Assembly: GCA_964016885.1 (NCBI GenBank)
Contig: OZ024765.1
Location: forward strand, 7,502,001 to 7,566,000
Direction: 5' to 3'
Source of the DNA: Eledone cirrhosa
Taxonomy: Eukaryota
Length of the DNA: 64,000 bases
In this document: piece after piece, positions 53,760-60,637 of the stretch
How positions within the stretch are numbered: the first letter of the stretch is position 1
Layout: each line of letters opens with the position of its first letter
Position numbers and translations under genes: made by a program
The notes under the pieces: model-generated
Told to the model about the DNA's origin: nothing
Databases searched by the model: none
Seen by the model: only the letters and a program-made list of their open reading frames with translations

Positions 53760-56700
53760 GAGAGAGATTAACTGTGGAGCTTCTGGGATATATTGTGGGG
53801 GGGCAGAGATAAGATAGCTCAGCTGTGGACTTACTGGTAGTAGTGGTAGTGGTGGTGGTGGTGGCGGTGGTGGTAGTGGTGGTAGTAGTAGTGGTGATGG
53901 TGTTAGTGGTGGTGGTGGTGTTGTTAGTGGTGGTAGTAGTAGTGGTGGTGGTGATGGTCGTCGTAGTGGTGGTGGTGGTGGTGATGGTCGTCGTAGTAGT
54001 GGTGGTGGTGAGGATGGTGTTAGTGGTGGTAGTGGTAGTAGTAGTGGTGGTGGTGATGGTGTTAGTGGTGGTAGTGGTAGTAGTAGTGGTGATGGTGTTA
54101 GTGGTGGTGGTAGTAGTAGTGGTGGTGGTGGTGTTAGTGGTGGTGGTGGTAGTGGATGGTGTTAGTGGTGGTGGTGGTGGTGGTAGTGGATGGTGGTAGT
54201 AGTAGTGGTGGTGGTGGTGTTGTTAGTGGTGGTAGTAGTAGTGGTGGTGGTGGTGGTGGTGGTGGTGGTGGAGGGTGCTACCCAGCTGAGGTTTCACACT
54301 GAGGGACTTAATGAGCCAAATCATACCACTACCACTACTGCTGCTGCTGCTACTACTTCTACTTCTATTACTACCACCATCACCACCACTACCACCATCA
54401 CCACCACCACCAATACTAATACCATACTACCACCACCACCAATAATAATACCATACTACCACCACCACTACTGCCATACTACCACCACCACCACTAATAC
54501 TACCATACTACCACCACCACCAGTACTACCATACTACCACCACCACCAGTACTACCATACCACCACCACCATCACCACTACTACCATACTAGCACCACCA
54601 CCACCACCAATACTACCATACTACCACCACCAATACTACTATACCACTACCACCACCAGTACTACCATACTACCACCACCACCACTACCATACTACCACC
54701 ACCAACAATACTACCATACCACCACCACCAGCACTACCATACTACCACCACCACCACCACTACCATACTACCACCACCAACAATACTACCATACCACCAC
54801 CACCAATACTACCATACTACCACCACCAACAATACTACCATACCACCACCACCACCACCACTACCATACTACCACCACCATCACCACTACTACCATACTA
54901 CCACCACCACCACCACCAATACTACCATACCACTACCACCACCAATACTACCATACCACCACCAATACTACCACACTACCACCACCATCACCACTACCAC
55001 CACCACTACTACCACCACCACCACCATCACCACTACTACATCATCCCTATCTATATACACCACTGACCAGTATTCTATTCCACCTCTCCCAATCCCCCCA
55101 CAGGCTGCCTGTTTGCTGACCCCGTCCGTGAGGTGAAGAGGCTCGCGAAGGAACAGAAGAAAGTCCACCCCGTGTACGTGGTCAACTGCTGTGGTCAGAT
55201 CAACATGAACAGCCTCCTACAGAGTGTGGACGACTGCTATCGCAACGGCTACTGGCTGGTCATCAATAACTATCATATGACCCCTCCACACCTACACAAC
55301 AAACTCATTGCTGTGTTTCAGGTAAGAAACGTAGCCTAGTGGCTTAATGGTTAGAGGTGTTGGACTCACAGCCAGAAAGCCATGGGTTTGATTCCTTGAC
55401 AAAATGTTGCCATTATTTTTCTATTTTTCTATATATTGGACTCCATCAGCCGTAGTGAAGACAACCTGTCTAGGAGAATAGTGACTCCGATTAAAAACGA
55501 CTGCATGGGGAAGGCCTGGACTCTGTAAGCCGTAGTGAAGGCAACCCATCTAGGAGAGCAGACACTCCATATAAAAACTAACACAGGGTGGTGAGGACTG
55601 TTGAGTCCAGTAAGACAATCTCTCTAATGCTGGCTTGAATAATGCACCCAGTCCATGCTATAAGGTGTTAGTGATAGAAAGGGCATCCAACCAGAAAAAG
55701 CCTGCCAAAATATGAACAGTATTATTTTTTTGTGATCTTGAGCAAGACGCTTTGTGTCATGTTTTTTTAGTTATAAGACTGAAGTGCCTTTTATTTAAAT
55801 GTCCAAGAAACCTTGTAGGAGGCCAGCTAAATCTATATAGGTGTGAGTTATATCATCATCATCATCACCATTTAATGTCAATTTTTCCATGCTGGCATGG
55901 GTTAGACAAGTTATCCTGTTTTGAGCAATGCTAGGTCAGGTGACCATGTCATGCTCATACAGAACTGATTTTGGCTTGGTTTCTACAGCTGGATGTCTTT
56001 CCTATCACCAACCTCATTTACAGTGAGTACTGGGTGCTTTTTGTCATGACACCTACACAACCACTTTACAGTGGGGTCTGGCGCTTTTTGTCATGTTACC
56101 ATTACAACCACTTTACACACACATATACATATATATATATATATATGTATGTAGTTGACACCTGAGAGAAAAGAGTACTCGATACTGAAATACAGTTTAG
56201 ATATTCATTTTATTAAAGCTAAATGGTGAGTCTTGTTACTCTGGGGTTTTGCCTGTTTATCACAGGGTCATCAGACAAGATGTTCTTGGGAGGGGAAGTA
56301 TAAGATATAAAAGTCATAGACAATGTCATTCATTAGAAATATGGTTAGGGTTACAAGTTTGGGTTAGATCTAGAGTTAAGGTTAGGGTTAATGTTCGATC
56401 TAGGGTTAATGTTAGATCTATGGTTACAGTTAAATCTAGGGTTAATGTTAGATCTAGGGTTAGGGTGAGTGTTAGGGTTATTTTCAAAATTTTATAAAGG
56501 TTATTCATGAAAAATATGGTAACAGAAGTGTTAATGTTTTTGCAGTTGATTCTGTTTTATTACAAGAAACGAGAAGCGGCTGTTAGTGCACCATCACGAA
56601 TATCTCGTGACACAAACTTTGAGGAAGAAAGATCCATTCATTTTCGACTCTGGGTCACCTATACCTTACATAAGGGACACCAATTACCTCCAGGTAAGTC

Positions 56701-59570
56701 AAACACACTTTGTTAACTGCAGTGTTTAATTACCTTTTCCAGGTGAGGTTTATCTCTCGTTATCTGCAGTGTCAATTTTGTCCAGGTGAGTCTCACACAC
56801 CTCATTAACTGAGGTGTTAATTACCTCCAGGTGAGGTTTACCACTCGTTAACTGCAGTGTTTACCTCCAGGTGTGGTTTACCTCTCATTAACTACAGTGT
56901 TTACCTCCTGTTAGCTACAGTGTTTACCTCCAGGTGTGGTTTACCTCTCGTTAACTGCAGTGTTTACCTCCAAGTGAGGTTTACCTCTTGTTAACTGCAG
57001 TGTTTACCTCCAGGTGTGGTTTACCTCTTGTTAGCTGCCTTACACAAACAGAGATGAACATATTCTGATTCTAATCTCCATTGAGTCTGATGGGCAAATT
57101 CATCCTAGAGCCGAGCTGACTGTAGTCAAATAAGGCACAGAACCGGACATTTGTGAAACACATGTTACATGTGATTATGTATAAAATATGTAAAGTGGTT
57201 AAAGTTCTCTGCCATGTCCACCAGTGCCATTGTTGCTTCTTTATTTTTATTACAGCCATGCTTATACAAAACAGTATCAAGGTCTCCTGTGAAACAGCCC
57301 CTAATTTCATTTCAACCCTTAAAAAATGCCACAGAGCAGCCAATTTTCTCCTCCAAGGACAGAAATTCCTCCCAAAAAGGTTACATAGACATGTAAGTAG
57401 AGCTTTGTATGTACATTAAACAGAACAGCCATCTTTGTTTCTGGTTAGCTTTTCTTAAGCCTTTACCATTTACATTACTGTAGATATACTATTGTATTTT
57501 TGTGGTAAAGGCTTTATCTCACATAACATTTACATTATTCTATTGGATTGGCAGTATCGGTAGAGGGTCGGACGCCATGCTTTCCAGCATAGTTACGTCC
57601 CTTTACGATCTGAGTTCAAATCCCGCCGAGGTTGACTTTGCCTTTCATCCTTACGGGGTCGATAAAATAAAGTACCAGTAATGCACTGGATAATTGCTGG
57701 CCTTGTGCCTAAAGTAGAAAGAATTATTCTATATGTACTATTGTATTTTTGCAGTAAATGCTTTATATTATATAATTATCATAATTATGTTGGTATGAGT
57801 GGCCGGTTATGACCGGTTTGAACAGAAAGAGGTGAGAGAATTCTGGCTGGATAAAACTGGTTCAGATGCTAAAGAGTTAAAGTGGTAAATATGGTAGAGT
57901 CGTTAGAACGAATATGATCTTCAAAACCATCGGAAATTGTACGTTTCTTTTAGGTAGAGTGGGGAGGGTGTTGTGTCCTACCATCCTGCGGTTTAACTGA
58001 AAGAAGAAGTAGTTCCTATGGTTATATTCGTTCATTATTGAAAGGCGGTGGATTGCCAGTATCGGTAGAGTGTCGGATGCCATGCTTTGACGCATAGAGT
58101 TACGGCCCTTGCCATTCTGAGTTCAAATCCCGCCGAGGTTAACTTTGCCTTTCATCCTTACGGGGTCGATAAAATAAAGTACCAGTAATACACAAAAACA
58201 CCTACAACAGGTTTGTGCCTCAGGAGGGAGCTTGCTAGGAACATTCATGAAAGTGGGTCTTTACCCTTTTACAACACATGAACAATAACTATGAAATAGT
58301 TGTAAATAAATCAGGAGTTGAATCCCCTGAGATGGAAAAAGGGCAGGTTATCTACTTTTTTTCTTCCCCAGGGGGTTATATATGATTTATTCTTAAATAT
58401 TTTAAAGTTTCAATTCATGTGATGTAGTTCTTTGCTTTATAGAAAAAACATAGTTTTAATGTAAGTATGAAGATTTTGAGGCAAGTAGTTTTGTGTCAGA
58501 AAACCAGGATGGTTTCTGGGGAAGTTGATATAATAATCTCCTTATTATTGGTGGGTTGGCAGTATCTGTAGAGGGCTAGACGCCATGCTTTGCAGCATAG
58601 AGTTACGGTCCTTTACGATCTGAGTTCAAATCCTGCCGAGGTTAACTTTACCTTTCATCCTTACAGGGTAAAAAAATAGAGTACCAGTCACGCACTGAGG
58701 TTGATTTAATCGACTTTCCCCCCCAAAAAAAAATTGCTGGCCTTGTGCCTATATAATAAATCATAATATTGCTATTATTGTTATTTTTCAGGGAAGCACC
58801 ATAACCCCGCTCTGTAGTCCCACATTGGACGTGGCAGGGTTTGCTCTGATCCATTCTCTCCTGCTGCAGCAGCAATGCTACACCATTCCCGAAGCAACAT
58901 CACCTGTGCAGTGGTCCCTGATGGATCTAGCTGCCGTGGTGGACTTGACCAAAGCTTTCCTACCCCTCAGCAGTCTCAACGAGATTAACAAAGCGACTGT
59001 GTTGATATCCACTGTGTACACGGGACAGTGCTGCAATGTCTATCAACAGAGACACATCATGGCCGTCATCAAAGATATTTTGACTCTCTTCTACCACATT
59101 AGCAAGGTAAGCACCTCCTCTTCTTTGCCCTCACCCTCTTATTCTCTTTCTGTTTCCTCGTCTTCAAGTGTGTGTCTATGTATATATATGTATGTATGTA
59201 TATATATATGTGTGTGTGTGTTTATATATATATATGTGTATGTGTGTGTATGTATGTGTGTGTGTGTGTGTGTGTATATTTGTATATATATATATGTATT
59301 TATATGTATGTATGTATTTGTATGTATGTATATATGTATGTGTCTATGTATATATATATATATGTATGTACATATATATATGTGTGTGTGTGTGTTTATA
59401 TATATATATATATATATGTGTGTATGTGTGTGTGTGTGTGTATATTTGTATATATATATATGTATTTATATGTATGTATGTATTTATGTGTATGTATGTA
59501 TATATGTATGTATATATATATATATATATATGTGTATATATATATATATATGTATGTATGTATATGTGTG

Positions 59571-59667
<97 letters not shown>

Positions 59668-59820
59668 ATGTGTGTGTGTGTGTGTATATTTGTATATATA
59701 TATATGTATTTATATGTATGTATGTATTTGTATGTATGTATATATGTATGTGTATATATATATATATATATGTATGTGTGTATATATATATATGTATGTA
59801 TGTATGTATATATATGTGTG

Positions 59821-59869
<49 letters not shown>

Positions 59870-60547
59870 GTGTCTGTGTGTGTGTATATATATATATATA
59901 TGTGTGTGTGTGTCTGTGTCTGTGTGTATATTTGTATATATATATGTATTTATATGTATGTATGCATATATATGTATGTATATATGTATGTATATATATA
60001 TATATATATATATGTATGAGTATATATATATATATATATATGTATGAGTATATATATATATATATGTATATATATATGTATGTGTATATATATGTATATA
60101 TATATGTACAGTATATGGAAGGAAGGGATATATTAGGTTAATGCTTGATATAGCAGGAAGAGGGTCTTAACGTTTCGGACGCTAGTCCTTCATCATATTT
60201 ATATATATATAATTGTGTCCTTCCATCCTTCCATTTTAGGACATAATGAAGGTGGGTGATGGTTATAGGAGCAACACCGAATCCCTGCGAGATGGTGCAA
60301 GTGAAGGAAGTTCTCCACCAGACAGGCCACTCCCCCACCACAGTTCCCTGATGCCAGAGCTCCTCTCAGTTATAACCAAAGCCATTGTCGACGCCTTCAC
60401 CTCTACTGACTCTTCCGTGAAGCAGTTCCTCCACCATCCCAACTTGAGAGAGGTCATTGCCCATGGCAACGGAATCACTGAACTCCAGTGTCAGCTCTAC
60501 GGTATGCCGGTGTCCACGCAACGTAGCTTTGTCTTTCATCTCAGCCG
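2129..60547 (+). CDS. DNHD1: Divergent dynein heavy chain (DNHD1-like), partial multi-exon gene: 28 exons in the window, about 2,375 aa, open at both ends
   Basis: Manually spliced GT-AG exons join in frame with matching phases. Dynein motifs appear in canonical order: [115 protein letters not shown]. The dynein call is strong; the DNHD1 assignment is inferred from strong divergence and insertions. Confidence 0.8.
2233..3295. repeat. Pentanucleotide microsatellite (CACTA/CACCA)n
   Basis: Direct inspection; explains the H/T/Y-rich ORFs. Confidence 0.95.
3322..3406 (+). CDS. Dynein exon 2, [28 protein letters not shown]
   Basis: ttccacag acceptor, GTGAGT donor, phase 0 to 1. Confidence 0.7.
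3850..3992 (+). CDS. Dynein exon 3, pre-AAA4 (YVEAS...[28 protein letters not shown])
   Basis: Matches the dynein YN...LVxFxxAxxHxxRxxR pattern; tttag acceptor, GTAAGA donor; phase 1 to 0. Confidence 0.9.
4040..4424. repeat. 48 bp minisatellite (about 8 copies) derived from a TTAACCCTTT-ended MITE
   Basis: Unit ttaaccctttcattaccatatttctaatgaaagacactgtctatgtct; MITE body continues to about 4575. Confidence 0.9.
4682..4865 (+). mobile_element. tRNA-derived SINE, family B
   Basis: ggattggtaaaatcggtagag (A box-like), ttcaaattcc (B box-like), tttgcctttcatcc body; many copies in the window. Confidence 0.8.
5110..5208 (+). CDS. Dynein exon 4, AAA4 P-loop position (degenerate)
   Basis: [33 protein letters not shown]; ttgcag acceptor, GTGAGT donor; 33 codons. 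Confidence 0.85.
5340..6930. repeat. 95 bp tandem repeat (79 bp variant), about 17 copies, with internal palindrome
   Basis: Period 5411>5506>5601>5680; AGACCAATGGAAACA-T-TGTTTCCTTGGTCT core. Confidence 0.92.
6992..7169 (+). CDS. Dynein exon 5, AAA4 ([22 protein letters not shown]...IMVDG)
   Basis: Aligns to LK..l..AG...KPTVFL.TD; ttgcag acceptor, GTATTT donor; phase 0 to 1. Confidence 0.85.
7195..8722. repeat. AT-rich compound minisatellite, about 56-60 bp, with (TACA)n
   Basis: Direct inspection. Confidence 0.92.
8726..8890 (+). mobile_element. tRNA-derived SINE, family A
   Basis: tggcttagtggtt (A box), gagttcaattc (B box), ccttgagcaagacacttt central box. Confidence 0.8.
9265..10135. repeat. 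(GA)n compound minisatellite with CAATACAGCAAAA and CAATGTAG spacers
   Basis: Direct inspection; explains the LSLS ORFs. Confidence 0.92.
10285..10485 (-). mobile_element. SINE family B
   Basis: Reverse complement of the family B consensus. Confidence 0.8.
10574..11701 (+). CDS. Dynein exon 6 with large low-complexity insertion
   Basis: Starts GCCRNLFD (equivalent to GEVPNLF) and ends [14 protein letters not shown] (equivalent to NLHIV..SP.G); 1128 bp open in one frame; phase 1 to 1. Confidence 0.75.
11754..12880 (-). repeat. RTE-type 3' tail with internal 48 bp unit amplified about 20 times (11924-12865)
   Basis: Unit acagtgtgggctgggtgctttttgttgtgatacctacacaaccacctt, preceded by the (CAT)n tail and RTE 3' UTR. 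Confidence 0.88.
12905..13235 (-). mobile_element. SINE family A
   Basis: ctctaaccactaagccatgcg tRNA head in reverse; aagtgtcttgttcaag box. Confidence 0.8.
13516..13667 (+). CDS. Dynein exon 7 ([26 protein letters not shown])
   Basis: Equivalent to FPxL...IDW..W..dAL; ctgcag acceptor, GTATGG donor; phase 1 to 0. Confidence 0.85.
14012..15247 (+). mobile_element. piggyBac-like (TTAA) MITE with internal 72 bp unit amplified about 15 times
   Basis: TTAA-CCCTTTAcCATTTA start and ..CTAAAGtG-TTAA end; unexpanded 221 bp copies at 48582-48802 and 50440-50660. Confidence 0.8.
15297..15518 (+). CDS. Dynein exon 8
   Basis: Strong pyrimidine tract plus cag, GTGAGA donor, 74 open codons, phase 0 to 0. 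Confidence 0.8.
15655..15850 (+). mobile_element. SINE family B
   Basis: Match to the family B consensus. Confidence 0.8.
15880..16075 (+). mobile_element. Degenerate RTE C-terminal fragment
   Basis: [12 protein letters not shown] motif followed by stop codons. Confidence 0.5.
16081..16600. mobile_element. hAT-like MITE end containing a 55 bp x5 tandem (16283-16570)
   Basis: CAtTGGTTCCCAACC terminus; unit tataggtcaactgggaaactataacacatataaccctatcagtgaagtcctttag. Confidence 0.55.
16910..17385. repeat. (TA)n microsatellite with TCTGTCAAATGTT spacers
   Basis: Direct inspection. Confidence 0.9.
17413..17583 (+). CDS. Dynein exon 9, stalk coiled coil 1 ([16 protein letters not shown]...)
   Basis: Equivalent to R...GL.KL.EA; heptad pattern; cctacag acceptor, GTGAGT donor. 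Confidence 0.85.
17612..24385. repeat. 6.8 kb satellite of 12 and 18 bp units built from CACCAT/CACTGT/CATTGC hexamers
   Basis: Direct inspection; lies in the intron between exons 9 and 10. Confidence 0.97.
24587..24963 (+). mobile_element. Full SINE family A with RTE-like 3' tail and (GAAAT)n end
   Basis: tRNA head, central box, and aggaagggcatccagctgtagaaa tail shared with the RTE copies. Confidence 0.8.
25008..25103 (+). CDS. Dynein exon 10, stalk coiled coil 1
   Basis: [32 protein letters not shown]; ttacag acceptor, GTAAGA donor; phase 0 to 0. Confidence 0.8.
25125..26325. repeat. 48 bp minisatellite (about 25 copies), same family as 4040
   Basis: Direct inspection; explains the [19 protein letters not shown]. 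Confidence 0.92.
26577..26722 (+). CDS. Dynein exon 11, N-terminal half of the microtubule-binding domain
   Basis: [15 protein letters not shown]...[23 protein letters not shown]; ctttag acceptor, GTTAGT donor; phase 0 to 2. Confidence 0.92.
26760..27350. repeat. (GGT/GTT)n trinucleotide repeat
   Basis: Direct inspection. Confidence 0.9.
27404..27892 (+). repeat. 162 bp x3 tandem including the exon 12 splice acceptor
   Basis: ccacag|ctgg with exon-start positions 27524, 27686 and 27848. Confidence 0.92.
27848..28118 (+). CDS. Dynein exon 12, C-terminal half of the microtubule-binding domain and coiled coil 2
   Basis: [25 protein letters not shown]...[17 protein letters not shown]; ccacag acceptor, GTGCGT donor; phase 2 to 0. 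Confidence 0.92.
28140..29052. repeat. (GGT/AGT/TGT)n low-complexity repeat
   Basis: Direct inspection. Confidence 0.9.
29160..30712 (-). mobile_element. 5'-truncated RTE LINE (RT YADD, PHD-like finger, C-terminus, 3' UTR), frameshifted
   Basis: [33 protein letters not shown]; (GAT)n tail. Confidence 0.9.
30993..31136. repeat. Near-perfect palindrome with arms of about 71 bp
   Basis: Centre ...gatcttctgaa-ac-ttcagaagatc...; one mismatch. Confidence 0.92.
31279..31344 (+). ncRNA. Minimal type I hammerhead ribozyme motif (Penelope-type), intact
   Basis: UUUUAU-CUGAAGA-[stem II GAAcACAA..CAUC/GAUG..UUGUAUUC]-GAAA-UACGUA-UA^AUAAAA; 6 bp stem I, G10.1-C11.1 pair, palindromic stem III. Confidence 0.75.
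31546..31668 (+). CDS. Dynein exon 13, stalk coiled coil 2
   Basis: Long pyrimidine tract plus aag, GTTTGT donor, 41 codons with coiled-coil character. Confidence 0.8.
31715..31945 (+). mobile_element. SINE family B with internal duplication
   Basis: Consensus match; ggggtcgataaaataaagtacc occurs twice. Confidence 0.78.
31950..34020 (-). mobile_element. R4/NeSL-like (RLE) LINE 3' end with 74 bp unit amplified about 25 times (32065-33905)
   Basis: Reverse translation [27 protein letters not shown]; period 32521>32595>32669. Confidence 0.7.
34023..35260 (+). mobile_element. Head-to-tail cluster of about 6 SINE family B copies or fragments plus a Tx1-like 3' UTR (34540-34772)
   Basis: Repeated gagttcaaatcccgccgag and tttgcctttcatcc blocks. 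Confidence 0.8.
35317..36880 (+). CDS. Dynein exon 14, stalk end to AAA5, with S/P/R-rich insertion
   Basis: [16 protein letters not shown]...EEW, then insertion, then AVENACIL...[18 protein letters not shown]; gatag acceptor, GTGAGG donor; phase 0 to 1. Confidence 0.88.
36935..37270. repeat. (CAT/CAC)n microsatellite
   Basis: Direct inspection; intronic, after the exon 14 donor. Confidence 0.9.
37358..37550 (+). mobile_element. Mariner-type MITE (family shared with 61539 and 62693)
   Basis: cgaggctcgactgaaacgttca end; gaccaagatactctcatggaatgaccaaatgagg body. Confidence 0.6.
37854..37917 (+). CDS. Dynein exon 15 (64 bp small exon)
   Basis: ttctacag acceptor, GTAGGT donor; needed to convert phase 1 to phase 2 between exons 14 and 16. 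Confidence 0.65.
38117..39581 (-). mobile_element. 5'-truncated RTE LINE; ORF2 open from [10 protein letters not shown] to the stop codon
   Basis: [25 protein letters not shown]4HC3 finger, [10 protein letters not shown]. Confidence 0.93.
39841..40019 (+). CDS. Dynein exon 16, AAA5 ([23 protein letters not shown])
   Basis: Equivalent to L.vi...d..f...LEnAI..G; ttcacag acceptor, GTTTGG donor; absent from the ORF track. Confidence 0.85.
40085..40300. repeat. About 48 bp x4-5 tandem of an RTE/SINE tail segment
   Basis: aatgcacccagtacactctgtaa repeated. Confidence 0.75.
40390..40750 (-). mobile_element. SINE family A-related element with duplicated head
   Basis: ttgctcaagaacacaac and taccactaggcc in reverse orientation. 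Confidence 0.65.
40870..41064 (+). CDS. Dynein exon 17, AAA5 (…[14 protein letters not shown])
   Basis: Equivalent to y.pnFrLyltT; phase 1 to 1; GTGAGG donor. Confidence 0.85.
41097..41752 (-). repeat. RTE-type 3' tail with 48 bp unit amplified about 10 times
   Basis: Unit acacaaccacttcacagtgtggactggggactttttgtgatgacacct. Confidence 0.88.
42110..42294 (+). CDS. Dynein exon 18 ([17 protein letters not shown]...[10 protein letters not shown])
   Basis: Equivalent to iNF.vT..gL..qLL..vv..ErPdLE; tttcag acceptor, GTTAGT donor. Confidence 0.85.
42300..42660. repeat. Irregular (TTGTCAC)n repeat
   Basis: Direct inspection. Confidence 0.85.
42665..42826 (-). mobile_element. Short RTE 3' end fragment
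   Basis: [20 protein letters not shown] plus (GAT)n tail. Confidence 0.65.
43086..43968 (+). mobile_element. Internally deleted Tc1/mariner transposon, maT (DD37D) type
   Basis: TA flanks; TIR CAGGGTGtGGACGATATTTGTTC; QQDSAPCH-to-NPLD spacing of 37 residues; DNA-binding domain and first Asp missing. Confidence 0.9.
44099..44311. mobile_element. Tc1/mariner-type MITE
   Basis: Inverted ends agggtggcccaaaagtca / tgacttttggaccaccct. Confidence 0.7.
44387..44520. repeat. Inverted repeat, arms about 60 bp
   Basis: tacaatattaaataaatggaaaac...gttttccatttatttaatattgta. Confidence 0.9.
44674..44744 (-). ncRNA. Minimal type I hammerhead ribozyme motif (Penelope-type), intact
   Basis: Reverse complement: UAUUUUAU-CUGACGA-[16-position stem II, GCAU loop]-GAAA-UGCGCA-UA^AUAAAAUA; 8 bp stem I. 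Confidence 0.75.
45015..45132. repeat. GC-rich inverted repeat, arms about 57 bp
   Basis: ataggaacgagt...ggctaattctg-tccc-cagaattagcc...actcgttcctat. Confidence 0.9.
45448..45748 (+). CDS. Dynein exon 19, buttress region ([14 protein letters not shown]...[12 protein letters not shown])
   Basis: Equivalent to G.iLdD..li..L ... Y.pvA..as.lyF...mYqySL..F..lF; GTAAGA donor. Confidence 0.9.
45790..46385 (+). mobile_element. Tx1/L1-like LINE 3' end
   Basis: [14 protein letters not shown]...KFYERW C-terminus; UTR ending ctaataaagaaac. Confidence 0.55.
46734..46999 (+). CDS. Dynein exon 20 (…DKPAWISQE)
   Basis: Pyrimidine tract plus cag, GTCAGT donor, P.Wl...W motif across the junction. Confidence 0.85.
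47000..47770. repeat. (TTGG/TTGC)n compound tetranucleotide repeat
   Basis: Direct inspection. Confidence 0.9.
47843..47950 (+). CDS. Dynein exon 21 ([15 protein letters not shown]...WPEYFK)
   Basis: tttcag acceptor, GTAAGT donor, 36 codons. Confidence 0.85.
47962..48245. repeat. 48 bp minisatellite (about 6 copies), same family as 4040
   Basis: Direct inspection. Confidence 0.9.
48399..48497 (+). CDS. Dynein exon 22 ([17 protein letters not shown])
   Basis: Equivalent to L..FqklLllr.lRPDr; gtag acceptor, GTAAGA donor. Confidence 0.85.
48582..48802 (-). mobile_element. 221 bp piggyBac-like MITE
   Basis: TTAA on both sides; TIR CCCTTTAG..TTT / AAATGCTAAAGGG. Confidence 0.8.
49360..50040 (+). 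mobile_element. CR1/L2-like LINE 3' end with 61 bp x5 internal tandem (49536-49842)
   Basis: catggaacaaactacctgcatcagttgttagctg.. repeated; UTR homologous to 1-380. Confidence 0.7.
50164..50329 (+). CDS. Dynein exon 23, start of AAA6 ([22 protein letters not shown])
   Basis: Equivalent to lG..fvepp.fdl...y....PlifiLspG; GTAAGG donor. Confidence 0.85.
50421..50873. mobile_element. Two nested, oppositely oriented piggyBac-like MITEs
   Basis: Plus copy 50440-50660 flanked by TTAA (50436, 50661), inside the TIR of a minus copy. Confidence 0.8.
50975..51413 (-). mobile_element. piggyBac-like MITE interrupted by SINE family B (51080-51310)
   Basis: MITE sequence resumes after the SINE with duplicated ttctcaaa(a)taaataat. 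Confidence 0.7.
51561..52451 (+). mobile_element. Second copy of the deleted maT (DD37D) element, frameshifted
   Basis: TA flanks, TIRs, and close similarity to 43086-43968. Confidence 0.9.
52516..52592 (-). ncRNA. Degenerate hammerhead motif
   Basis: Reverse complement UACCU-CUaAAGA-GGUUUUGCCAA..UUGGCAACGCC-aAAA-CAGUUG-UA^AGGUA; two core G>A changes. Confidence 0.5.
52648..52819. mobile_element. Small TA-flanked MITE
   Basis: taccgtatttccc ... gggtaatatggta inverted ends. Confidence 0.5.
52924..53770. repeat. (TG)n compound and (GA)n microsatellites
   Basis: Direct inspection. Confidence 0.92.
53830..55035. repeat. (GGT/AGT)n tract followed by the complementary (ACC/ACT)n tract
   Basis: 53830-54270 versus 54325-55035. 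Confidence 0.88.
55104..55321 (+). CDS. Dynein exon 24, AAA6 ([11 protein letters not shown]...[11 protein letters not shown])
   Basis: Equivalent to DP...l..lA ... G.WvlLqNcHL; ccacag acceptor, GTAAGA donor. Confidence 0.9.
56231..56280 (-). ncRNA. Degenerate hammerhead motif
   Basis: Reverse complement UCUUGU-CUGAUGA-cCCUGU GAUAA ACAGGC-aAAA-CCCCAGAG-UA^ACAAGA; 6 bp stem I. Confidence 0.5.
56546..56693 (+). CDS. Dynein exon 25, AAA6 (HFRLWVTY...LPP)
   Basis: Equivalent to FRLWLT..p...fP; ttgcag acceptor, GTAAGT donor. Confidence 0.88.
56683..57035 (+). repeat. About 40 bp tandem repeat containing copies of the exon 25 donor
   Basis: ttacctccag|gtgagg or gtgtgg repeated. Confidence 0.8.
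57256..57392 (+). CDS. Dynein exon 26 ([17 protein letters not shown])
   Basis: Equivalent to iLQ.siKit.EpP; ttacag acceptor, GTAAGT donor. Confidence 0.88.
57455..57880 (+). mobile_element. piggyBac-like MITE interrupted by SINE family B (57544-57725)
   Basis: attattctat flanks both sides of the SINE; MITE ends ..gctaaagagttaa. Confidence 0.7.
58043..58760 (+). mobile_element. Two SINE family B copies (58043-58190, 58548-58760)
   Basis: Consensus matches. Confidence 0.78.
58792..59106 (+). CDS. Dynein exon 27, AAA6 lid (IHSLLLQQQ...WSLMDL...VYTGQC)
   Basis: Equivalent to FHavvqERr...Fn.sDl...YGGrv; tttcag acceptor, GTAAGC donor. Confidence 0.85.
59170..60110. repeat. (TA/TG)n compound microsatellite
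   Basis: Direct inspection. Confidence 0.92.
60240..60547 (+). CDS. Dynein exon 28, start of the C-terminal region ([10 protein letters not shown])
   Basis: Equivalent to PevfGLh.nA; ttttag acceptor, GTAAGT donor; phase 0 to 2, so the gene continues beyond the window. Confidence 0.78.
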
Positions 60548-60600
60548 GTAAGTAGATGCCTCTGTTTGGCAACAGTTTCCTTACCTAGAACTCTCATCCT

Positions 60601-60634
<34 letters not shown>

Positions 60635-60637
<3 letters not shown>

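Noticed and set aside
56340-56480. Interstitial telomeric (TTAGGG)-like tract
   Set aside because: Only scattered TTAGGG units interleaved with TTAATG/TTAGATC. It is short and degenerate, a common low-complexity pattern.
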